From Epithemia pelagica (Eukaryota > Protista > Bacillariophyta), in contig OX337229.1 in assembly GCA_946965045.2 (NCBI GenBank), positions 4,836,001-4,900,000 on the forward strand: a stretch of DNA of 64,000 bases. Reading direction: 5' to 3'. Below are positions 1-9,845 of the stretch, in pieces. Each line of letters opens with the position of its first letter. Position 1 is the first letter of the stretch. The position numbers and the translations under genes were made by a program. A model generated the notes under the pieces. That model was not told the DNA's origin, made no database searches, and saw only the letters and a program-made list of their open reading frames with translations.

Positions 1-511
1 CCGTGCACGTACACGACACAATTATTATTGAAATCAACGACGTTGGTCAAACGGTCGAATGATTTATACTGGTAGAATAACGCCAGTGTCACAGGATTCG
101 CAGGTAGGGGATTCTTCGGACGAAGCTTGTCATTGCAGATGGTCGCAGTTCGCATGTCATCCAACAAATACGCAAATCGACCCAATTCACGCCAATAACG
201 CGGATACTCACGGAGTGATTTATCTTCGCCATTGGACGAACCGCGAAGTTGGAAGCGGACTGTGTATTGGAAGTCGATCTCTGGAGGAGTCATGGCCTCC
301 TCTGCTATATAGCTTTAATTAGACTCTCCATTTCGATTTCCTCCTCTTTCGATAGCTTCGTAGCCACCACTTCGCCTTCCTTGCGAGGACGAAAGTGAGT
401 TTCCACGAGTTCAACTGTTGTTGCTGCGGTTGCTTCGCTAGTCATTGTCTTTTCTAGTTTTGATAGGATGTAGATAGGATCAAATGACTTTTTATGATTG
501 TTACAACTCAT
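1..511 (-). pseudogene. ORF running off the left edge, frameshifted near 305-320; possible N-terminal part of a tyrosine recombinase (Crypton-like)
   Basis: Minus frame open from ATG 293 to the window edge: MTPPEIDFQYTVRF...LREYPRYWRELGRFAYLLDDMRTATICNDKLRPKNPLPANPVTLALFYQYKS...; it is not in the ORF track. It joins the 305-511 ORF by a 1-nt shift. The family call rests on pattern resemblance only. Confidence 0.35.
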
Positions 512-780
512 TAGAAGTGTTTGATTGTTGAAAAGGAGATCTTTTTGCCATGGATGTGTCAGAGGTCGTCTACAAGACGATCATTGGGAAGTTCGGAAGT
601 GGTGGGGCTATAAATTCATGCCAAGGATGGCACGGTATCCGCGATTCAACGGAGATTAAATCGTGTTGGGTCACTGGTTGGTTCACTGTTGGGTCAGTGT
701 TGGGTTATAGGTATTTTTATAGCGTCAACTGTAGTGTCTTACGCGATATTTTACTATATATACTAAGAGAACAAACGGGA

Positions 781-863
781 ATGTCGAAAGGTATGTCGTT
801 CGATGTCGAAAGGTATGTCGTTTGATGTCGTTTGATGTTGTTTGATGTCGTTTGATGTCGTTT
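781..863 (+). repeat. Tandem array of GATGTCG-core units (TTTGATGTCG / ATGTCGAAAGGT)
   Basis: Directly visible; inverted relative to the CATCCGACAT array at 3476-3532. Confidence 0.85.
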
Positions 864-1429
864 CGGGCTCGCGCGCAAACATGGTTTGCCTCAAAATCCA
901 GCGGTTTTCATTCAGTTGATGGGTCAACCGTCAATGATTGACTCGTAACGTTGTGATTTCTCTTAAAGAACTTCAACTGCTGGAGAGTACATATTCTTTT
1001 GGCGATAAAAACATCCGACATCCTACTTCCCATTAGACGTCCACAAAATACTGTACAGACACACAGACTAATCCCGAACTCTAATACATCTTGTGTGTGA
1101 CACGTGTAGATCTAGGCTGGCTTGACCTGAGTGATCAACCGTCACAAGTTGAAGGCTTGAGCGTTAGATCGTTGTACTCCCAAGATTCTTTTTTCATGAA
1201 AAACTCACCCACGAAACACAGCAGAACAGAGTCCACATGGCCACTCAATATCAGTAGTTGAAATCACCCAAAACTGTTCTCCAACTACCAATTCTTTGAC
1301 TAGCCATAACTTTTGAACGGTACGTACCCAGACTTGCGGTCCTGGCCCATTCGAAAGTTCGTGACGAGACGGTTCTAACGAGCTATTGGATTCTTCTCTC
1401 GCACATTCAGAACGAAAGTTATTGTCACC

Positions 1430-3259
1430 TCAACATTGGGTGTCCTGAATTCTGCCTGGCGAGTTTTCAATTCTTTGACTAGTCTTTATATCTGTTAGGA
1501 AACGTTGAATTTTCCATCGTAATTCTCTTGAAAGAAACTTGCAAACATTTCTGGAATGAATATAGGCCAGTAGTAATGACTTTGATGTAATCAATTCGTC
1601 TTGAGTCTCGCAATACCTGGGGTACATGAAAGTATAACACCACTGTTTGACAGTGTAGCAAAAGAGTTTGTACTCCCGACTATAGTTTGTATCAATTGCA
1701 TTACCAAAAGAGCAATGCCGTGACCAACCTTTATGGATGATGTGCCATCCACATTGAAGACGAACACAATTTGGCATGAATCGTCTACAAGCTTCTTCAA
1801 CTTCGGTGATTTCATGCGAATCTCCATCAGTGATTATTGCTTTTATCTCATTAACCCATTCCCCACCAAGAAGCTTTGGCAAAGCCCAGGAGAAAACCCA
1901 TCAAAATGTTGCTTGTTTTTGATCACGCAAGAACATTCGTAGTATAATGATGTATTTTCCAAAGGATGTGCGAATTGAGGCCGTTAGAAGAGGTCTAGAT
2001 TCCTTGTTGGTTCCTTCAGTAACATCCACCTTGAGAACATGAGGAAATAAGCGGAACATACGCTTCTCCTTGTTTGTGATCCAAGCACATGCGATGAAGA
2101 AATTTTGGTCTGGTTGGATTTCCAATGTATCCATATCTGCGGAGTATTCATCAAGAATTTCTGCACAAAAGGCAGTCATGTCTGTGACATCTCGTTTCCC
2201 ATCATCGTATTGGTTCTCACTGAATATCATACCAGCTTGACGCTGGAGTCTTGCATTTATTAGGTTCTGGGGACGGGCCCCCCAAATACAGTAACTCAAT
2301 TCAGGAGTTGACCGTAACCATTCCACGACAGCTTCTGCACCGACTTTAATTCCCTCGTAGTGATATTTAGATTCTGATGCCATAGTACAAAATGCCCACC
2401 GCGTTTGCTCGGGTGTAAGTGTAATGTCATGATTCGCGTGGAAGAAGTTGCGTCCCAAAGCAGGTCCAGTGTTTGCCTTGCCAAGCTCAGCTGCCCTTTT
2501 GCGCTGTTCACTTGTTAGATGTCGAAGTTTGGTTGGAATGTCTGTTGCCATCCGTTTGAAATGGTTACAATGTGTTACTGACCCTGAGCTACGTTTTACA
2601 TAGAAGCCATGCATATCGATGTAGATGTCAAATTGGAATGAGCATGTATCTTCGTTTTTGAGTGCGCGATTCGTAACAACCTTCCGTAGACCCTTTTTCC
2701 CATCAATTCCCCTGCTGTTGCCTCTTTTGTCATTGTGTAACGAGATGTTTCGGTGTTCCATTTCAATGCTATTCCCTGGAGGCTGTTTACGCTTCTTGTT
2801 GTACCGTCGGTAGCGGTCACACATGAATGTTCTTGACATGTATGGAGGTTCACTTCCCATTGGAAAAGCCTTACGATTAGCCAATGACTTCTTGTTTGTG
2901 TTACCATTCATTACAATAGAAAAACCATTCGCAATGGCAGCTCTGGAAATACGGGCTCGTAAGATTGAAAAAGACCCTTGTTCATCAAAAACAGTGCTGG
3001 GGTCGGTACAAGGAGGGAATTCATTTCGGTTGAAATATGCGTAGTAGCCTTTGATGTGGTCTGCTTGAGGGAGCCATCCAATGAACACGCAAATGTCGAC
3101 GTCCATTGTTGTCGCAGTTGAAATACAGTCATCTCCAGTGTGCATTGGGAATGTCATAGGTGAGACCCATTCTGTTTCTAAGGAGTTAAAGTATCGGTCC
3201 AATTCATATTGAATTCTGTCATGAAGATTTGTACAATCGTTGTTGTCGTCCATGGTCAA
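1430..3259 (-). mobile_element. Mutator-like (MULE) DDE transposase with one in-frame nonsense codon, probably 3'-truncated
   Basis: Motifs KVDVTEGTNKESRPLL (first D), IITDGD (second D) and CGWH (CxWH). ORFs 1901-3259 and 1430-1882 are in the same frame, separated by TGA at 1901-1903. Confidence 0.85.
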
Positions 3260-3475
3260 GCACTGGGTGACATATCAAGAGGAGGGTCCAGATGTGGTGA
3301 GATGCTCAAGCCGATTCAAATTCCAACGGTTATTTGCATTAAGATTATTTAAACACTTTTGGGAATGGCAGGCGGAATTGTGAGGCATGGCAGGTGGCTT
3401 GATAACAGGATAGGGATGAGGATAAGTCTGTGCGTCTGTCCAGTATTTTGGGGACCTATAATGGGATATTCCTCT

Positions 3476-3532
3476 GACATCATCCGACATCATCCGACAT
3501 CATCCGACATCTACCAAATCCTCCGACATCCG
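3476..3532 (+). repeat. Tandem 10-mer CATCCGACAT array upstream of the MULE ORF
   Basis: Directly visible: three exact units plus degenerate copies. Confidence 0.85.
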
Positions 3533-3684
3533 TGACTCTGGATGTTTTCCTCATATTAAAATAATCTGTAGCTAGTATGATCATATCAGAGGTATTACTG
3601 TGTGATACTGAAGAAAGGAAACATCGTGATGATACTCTGAGTAGTACAAGGATTACCTACGTTTTGAGTCCATTACCGGAAGTT

Positions 3685-4151
3685 GCTGTGACTGCATTTG
3701 ATCCACACTCTACTCATTACTGACCCTGTGTCATTCATTTTTCATTTGCTCCAACCTGCCTTCCACAATGTCTGATTGTAATGATAATGATGACTCATCA
3801 AAGGTGGAAGAGATCCTTTGGTGTCATGGTTGAAGATGAAAGTAAGTGAATATCCCTACATTTGGAGAAAATATAAAATATCTTGCATTGCCTGCGGCTG
3901 CTGCCTCTTCTGAACGGGCGTTCAGTATTGCAGAACTGATCATATTTGCGAAGCAAGCATCACTGGACCCAGATTTACATTTTGTACATGAGAATTGGGA
4001 ACATGTGTTCACCATAAGATAGATTTCACTAGCTTCTAGCTAAGCATTTTCATCCTGGTAGCACAGGTAGTCTTTTCTCCAGCGGATGCGCATACCTCTA
4101 GCTCCAGCAGAGCCTTCTCCGATCCAGCGCCTGCTGCTGGAGCCACCTATA
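3685..4151 (+). mobile_element. Degenerate, truncated copy of the hAT derivative, inverted relative to 5862-6679
   Basis: Aligns with the reverse complement of 5862-6560; keeps one TIR (GCTGGAGCCACCTATA, 4136-4151) and a decayed hATC segment. Confidence 0.8.
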
Positions 4152-5438
4152 CAGTCCCCATTCGCCATTATTTCCACTCCATATTGGTGAGGCGGCCAGA
4201 CCAAACTCGGTCGCGTTTCGTGGACACGTGCTAGGGAGAGCTTGCTCTCAAATGGGTGACTTTGCCAGCTCTACAACTGCCAGCAAGCGGCCCTGCGTGG
4301 ATGACGGTTGGTTGTTTCATAATTCATAATGCCGGACAAGCACACAATCCTTTTCTCTTGCCAAAGCACATCGTATCAATGACATTCCAGGTGAGCTTGA
4401 TCCATTGAGGATTGCCATGACAATTACATTGCTCATGCTCACTCACACTTGTCACTTTTGCTTGCTCTGCTCATGGGACGAGAGTCTGCTCATCTGCTGT
4501 GTCTCTGGCTCAGCAGCTCATTACTTGCCATTGTTCATTTCTGTCAAAATGATACCCATAACTTCCATTGCATTTATCCACAGACTATAGACCTCCTTTT
4601 CTTTATTAACTAGAAATAGAACTCAAGTGCTAGCCATCCATAGAGTGTAGTGCCTTCTGTATTCGTGTAGTACATCAGTTTTCTGTTTTGAGCACGTCAA
4701 TGACCCTCAGTTTCACCATGAACACACGACAGAGCAGCTCTTACACGCTTGTACAGCTACAAATTGAATCATTCGCTGTTTGACTCTAGCTCTAGGAGCT
4801 GATAATTGGAAAGTAGGGTGTGGCAAGTGGCAAGAGCAAGATGGAGCCATCTACTTGAAGCAAAAACAACAAAATGTTCGGTCGTTGAGAAATGATTGAC
4901 AATGATACTATGAATAGTGAATCATCTATCCTACAGAAAACGTGAAAGTAACCAACCAGCCAACAATCAAACGACAAAAGAATTACAAGAAGGGGAAAGG
5001 GAAGGATATTCCACTTGACCACAAGCAGCTTATACCCAGTCTACTCGTACAACATGAGACAAATCCAAAGGATCATGCAAGAACAAAAGGAAAGATTGCA
5101 GCAGTGATGAGTAAGAAGAAAGAAAAGGAGACAACAAGATTAGAAATAAGCAGCAGTAGTGAGAAATTAAATGCGATTCAGCCCAGCATGATCCGTCCAT
5201 GGTTCTTACCTCACGTCATGGTCAAGCATTTGCCTCGGTTTTGGGTTTTGTGACAGACGAGAACAAGAGGGTTGCCCAAATTTATGAGCATTCAGAAACC
5301 ACTGGACGCAAGCCGACCTTGATGTAACGGTGTTGGCAATTAGAGATACTTAGAGCAGTGGCGGGCGATATTCAAAAAAGATAGGGTTGGGGATATGTCT
5401 GGCCGCCTCACCAATATGGAGGGGAAATAATGGCGAAT
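4152..5438. mobile_element. Non-autonomous TIR element, possibly Tc1/mariner-pogo-like
   Basis: 42-bp inverted repeats with 1 mismatch at 4160-4201 and 5397-5438. The left end reads TA|CAGTCCCC...; the right end lacks the outer 8 bp. No recognisable transposase inside. Confidence 0.55.
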
Positions 5439-5861
5439 AAAAACAAAAGAAGCGGTTTTTTGCTTTTGTGAATTGTGAACTCATCACTTAGTCGAGTCTT
5501 GTTTGCAGGTCCTGTTCGTGCACCCTCGGCGTAGATATAGAAAGAGACATGTCTTTTCCATGTCTCAGTCGCAGTTTTGTCGTGCGTGTACTGACGGGCT
5601 TACACTGTACCCCCAACCAGGGGTGAGAATCGGGTCGCACATAATAGAGGATATTGAATATCATTGACGGACGGACTACCTATAAATCTCACGGGGGAGC
5701 TTACACTGTAGGAGTACATAACTTATCAGAGGAACATCTCCGGATCCGGGATCCGGAATCCGGAGTCCGGAGGGCAATCGACTCCTCGTCGCTATTGCCC
5801 TTCTCGTCGTTAGCCCTCGTCTTTCGTCGTCTCGTCCACCCTCAGCAATAAACATAAACTA

Positions 5862-6679
5862 TAGAGGTGGCTCCAGCAACAGCTCATCTCTGCTGGAGCT
5901 AGGTAAGCGCTGGAGACGTCTCTGCTGGAGCTAGGTGAGCGCCTCCAGCCGGAGAAAAGACTACCTATGCTACCAGGATGAAAATGCTTAGCTAGAAGCT
6001 ACTCCTAGTGAATCTATCTTATGGTGAGAACACATGTTCCCAATTCTCACGTAAAAAATGTAAATCTGTAACGGTGGAAGGGTCCAGTGATGCTTGTTTC
6101 GCAGATATGATCAGTCCTGCAATACTGAATGCCCGTTCAGAAGAGGCAGCAGTCGCAGGCAACGCAAGATATTTTCTTGCTAGGCGCCAAATGTTGGGAA
6201 ATTCACTTACTTTCATCTTCCACCATGACTCCACAATGATAAAAATTCCCATAGAAGGCTTTCTTCTCCGAAGAAGGAACATATACTTTGTCTGTAGCAT
6301 TTTTATACTTTTGGGTTACATCAATATCCTCTCCTCCGTATGATACAATGATGGGTGGCCTGTTGTATCCATCCGAGAGAACCTTCTTTTTCTGCGTGGC
6401 CTTCGAAGTGCCATCCATATCAAGCTCTTCCACCTTTGATGAGTCATCATCATCATTGTAATCAGACATTGTGGAAGGCAGTGTGGAGCAAATGAATGAC
6501 ACAGGGTCAGCAATGACCAGTGCGGAGCAAATGAATGACATGCAACAGGCAACAGTCACAGAGAACGGCGACCAATGTAGCGCTCTTTTCTCGCAACAGA
6601 AAATCTCTGCTGGAGTTTCTCCAGCGCTGGAGCTCCAGTGCTGGAGCTGCGCGTCCGCTCACCGCTGGAGCCACCTCTA
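5862..6679 (-). mobile_element. Non-autonomous hAT element (818 bp internal-deletion derivative)
   Basis: Perfect 16-bp TIR TAGAGGTGGCTCCAGC; 8-bp TSD ATAAACTA at 5854-5861 and 6680-6687; hAT C-terminal dimerisation motif WWKMKVSEFPNIWRLARKYLALPATAASSERAFS; CTGGAG/CTCCAG subterminal repeats. Confidence 0.93.
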
Positions 6680-6971
6680 ATAAACTACCTACCTACATTC
6701 CACTTCACCCGGGCGACGGGCGACCAATGCGAAAAATGAAAAGCGTTCAGCATTTCCCACAAATCTAAACTACAAACTACCCTTCACACTCTTTGTTATT
6801 TCTCTATTTGAAAGGCTATTTATAAAAATGTTTGACCATGATCATCTACTTTCAAATGATTGGATGATGGCATCAGTAGATTCCTATTCCTCACCTCCCA
6901 GTATGATGTAAAATCAACAGTCAATATCTTACCCCGGGATTACTGGAATTTTATCTCAGCCGAATCATTTT

Positions 6972-7784
6972 CTACGCTTTGGATTTTTTGTACGGATTGA
7001 AAATTTCTCCTGCATTTGATCGTTTTGAGGCCTCTGTCACTTTCTTTGGGAATTTAAGTTCACCTGACTCGCTCATGTTCCAAGCATGTTTTAATTCAGT
7101 TCGGATACGTTCGCAGTCCGGGTCATCAGGAGGTAACAAAGAAGTATGTTCGTAGTGACGCAAGCGAGCCGCCACCGTGTAGTTGTAGGATCCTACCATG
7201 GCTCCTCCTGAAGAAACAACGGCTTTTGTATGGAAGTACTTTGCACTTGGGCTTCCATTGTCGCGACCAAACTGTTTGATATGAAGTTTCTGTACCGCAG
7301 CTCGCACGGCTTCGTCGTTGTTGATGAATCGTTCAATCGTTTCAACGTTGAAGTGCTTGGGTCCTAAAATAATGTAGATCTGCAGATTTCCGTGTTCCTC
7401 TTGTGCAGAGTAACAGATCTGGTCCAACGCGTAAAAGTCTGTGAGGTAGGGAATGGACATGTACACCCTCGACCCGCGCTCAACATGGTGCAGCAGGTGT
7501 AGAAACCCCAGGAACGGGTGGCGATCGTGGACAAACGAAAGCCCACCCATGTCAGGTTTTTGAGCGTCGTCGTAACGCATTGCTGTGTGCAAGACAACGG
7601 GACGCGTTTCGACCAACTCTTGGTAGCGATCCAGTTCGCCTTCTTTGCGAAGCCATTGATCGTTGAAGAAGTGCCCGTCGCCAACTCGTACCATCGCTTC
7701 TTGCTGCTCTCGTTCGTAAGCAATACCCATATCGACGTCAAGGTCAGCCTGCGCAATGGGCACGAAATTTTCTCCAAAGTCCAT
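6972..7784 (-). CDS. Single-domain phospholipase D-superfamily protein (Nuc/Zucchini-like nuclease), 270 aa
   Basis: YFHTKAVVSSGGAMVGSYNYT = HxK...GSxN motif, with the canonical D replaced by S; upstream RVYMSIPYLTD strand typical of PLD-like domains; intact and intronless. Confidence 0.75.
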   Translation of the reverse strand: MDFGENFVPIAQADLDVDMGIAYEREQQEAMVRVGDGHFFNDQWLRKEGELDRYQELVETRPVVLHTAMRYDDAQKPDMGGLSFVHDRHPFLGFLHLLHHVERGSRVYMSIPYLTDFYALDQICYSAQEEHGNLQIYIILGPKHFNVETIERFINNDEAVRAAVQKLHIKQFGRDNGSPSAKYFHTKAVVSSGGAMVGSYNYTVAARLRHYEHTSLLPPDDPDCERIRTELKHAWNMSESGELKFPKKVTEASKRSNAGEIFNPYKKSKA

Positions 7785-8011
7785 TTTGATGCGGCATTTT
7801 TGTCAACTCGTAAAGGAGAAAGTGAGAAAGGTTGTGATTTGTGATGCCGTTGATGTCTCTTTTCCATGTCTCAGTCGCATTTTTGTCGTGCGCGTCTACG
7901 TGTAGAGATTCACTTCGGTTCCCCCACGTGCGAGCACTCATTGAAAAGCATTTGCCACAAGCCTCGAGCCATTGGCGCGAATGAGTCATCTCTTTTCTCT
8001 CGTCTCAAAAA

Positions 8012-9745
8012 ATGGAACGAATCAACCACCGAACAAAGCGACGACAACGAGTCGTGTGGTTCCTATTGTTGTTGCCACCATCGTTGGTCTACGGATGGAA
8101 TGTTGCTTCTACGAATAGAATCTTGAGAAGAACAACGTTACAGGGCAAGCAATATTGCGCTGGAGCGTCCATTTCATTCTATCACCAATGCCATTGTCAG
8201 GTTGACACCGATCATGTTGCAAGGACGACAACAACCAATACTCAACTATGGACGGCACCAACATCCACCACCATCGAAGACGAACCGCTTGTTGCTTCGA
8301 TACCAGAAATTATTACAGCAACCGGCGAGAAGGCATTTGAAGATGAAAGAACTGATTCCCCGCTTGCACAAGCTATCGATTCAAACAGTGACAGTACGTT
8401 GACAGTAATTGCTGACCAAGACTCTGATGTGGCCCGAGTCAAGGGAATTGTCATTTCGTTACTGTGGGTGATTGCAGTCCTTTCAGCACTGGACCGGGTT
8501 GCAATGGCCGTGGCCTTGGTACCCATGGCAGAAGAATATGGGTTTACCGACAGTGTGAAGGGGTCCATTTCGTCCCTCTTTAGTGTCGGATACGGTTTGT
8601 GCATACTCCCTTCGGGACTGTTAGTGGCCAGTGTGTCACCGCGTGTCGTCATGGCATGCGGTATTGTGGTTTGGAGTATTGCCACGATTGCGACGCCGTA
8701 TGCCACTGGATTGGAAACCATGGCCCCTCTCTTGTTGGCTCGGGCCTTTGTGGGAGCGGCCGAAAGTGTTGTCATGCCAACCTTGCAACGGTTACTATCC
8801 ACGTGGACCAAGCCAGAAGAGAAAAGTGTCGCCATGGCAACCATTTTTACGGGTTTTCATGGAGGAACTATTGCTGCCTATCTGCTGTCTCCCCTCATCA
8901 TCGATTGGTTTGGAACCTGGCGAGAAATATTTGTCCTTTATGGAGCGTTTGGACTCGCCCTCCTTGTGCCCTGGTTGACCTTTGCCAGGGATGGACCCAA
9001 CGACATTCACCTGGAACTAGCTACAGAAAACACTGGCGACGAGAGTTCTGCCATCGCAGAACTCGACGTGGCATCTCGATGGAATGACGCGATTGGTCAG
9101 TTTCGGGAGGCTCCATGGAAGGAATTCTTCCAATCCAAAGGCACCTGGGCAATGCTCTTGGCGCACTGCTCCAAAAACTGGGGACTTTACAATACGCTGG
9201 CTTGGACTCCCACTTTCTATTACGAACAGTACGGTATTGGGGTGCGGGATTCTATTTGGCTTTCGGTCTTGCCCAGCATATCCGGGGCCTTGGGAGGTTT
9301 GGTGGCAGGAAATTTGGCCGATGGTATTATCCGCAACTTGCCCGAACGAACAGAGGAGGCATTAACCAATGTTCGTAAAGTATTTCAGTCGATTGCCTTG
9401 TATGGACCGGCACTGGCGTTGGCCACACTCGCCTCCAATATACCCGAGGATCCTCAAGTGGCACAGTTTTACCTCATGGCAGCGGTAGGTCTACAGGCCT
9501 TTGTCGTGGCTGGCTTTGAAGCGGGCAACCAAGAAAAGGCAGGTACCAAATGGGCCGGTCTTTTGTATAGTATCACCAGCTTGCCAGCCGTCATGGTGGG
9601 TACGTTTGGGGTCTGGTGCGTAGGTCAAGTGTTGGATTCCACAGGCCAGGATTGGTCGGTTGTGTTCAATATAAATGCGTTTGTGAACGTTCTAGGAGCC
9701 ACGGCTTTTGTGGCTCTTTACAATTCCAAGAGAGAGTTCGAATAA
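8012..9745 (+). CDS. MFS anion:cation symporter, PHT4/SLC17-like phosphate transporter, probably plastid-targeted
   Basis: 577 aa; SALDRVAMAVALVPM, multiple TM helices, WLPTFY-like WTPTFY, N-terminal leader. Confidence 0.85.
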   Translation: MERINHRTKRRQRVVWFLLLLPPSLVYGWNVASTNRILRRTTLQGKQYCAGASISFYHQCHCQVDTDHVARTTTTNTQLWTAPTSTTIEDEPLVASIPEIITATGEKAFEDERTDSPLAQAIDSNSDSTLTVIADQDSDVARVKGIVISLLWVIAVLSALDRVAMAVALVPMAEEYGFTDSVKGSISSLFSVGYGLCILPSGLLVASVSPRVVMACGIVVWSIATIATPYATGLETMAPLLLARAFVGAAESVVMPTLQRLLSTWTKPEEKSVAMATIFTGFHGGTIAAYLLSPLIIDWFGTWREIFVLYGAFGLALLVPWLTFARDGPNDIHLELATENTGDESSAIAELDVASRWNDAIGQFREAPWKEFFQSKGTWAMLLAHCSKNWGLYNTLAWTPTFYYEQYGIGVRDSIWLSVLPSISGALGGLVAGNLADGIIRNLPERTEEALTNVRKVFQSIALYGPALALATLASNIPEDPQVAQFYLMAAVGLQAFVVAGFEAGNQEKAGTKWAGLLYSITSLPAVMVGTFGVWCVGQVLDSTGQDWSVVFNINAFVNVLGATAFVALYNSKREFE

Positions 9746-9845
9746 GAGGCGGCTAGCACCAACAGTTCGATATATTTAGATGTGTACAATTTTATTGACA
9801 TTCGAAACAAACAAGCGTTCCACATTTATGGTATGTTACAATTAT

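Larger units (their letters stand above)
5553..7892 (+). repeat. 34-bp direct repeat (1 mismatch) flanking the hAT derivative and the PLD gene
   Basis: CTTTTCCATGTCTCAGTCGCA[G/T]TTTTGTCGTGCG at 5553-5586 and 7859-7892. Confidence 0.85.

Noticed and set aside
5738-5771. ATCCGG[A/G] 7-mer run
   Set aside because: About five units, no associated feature; treated as a simple repeat.
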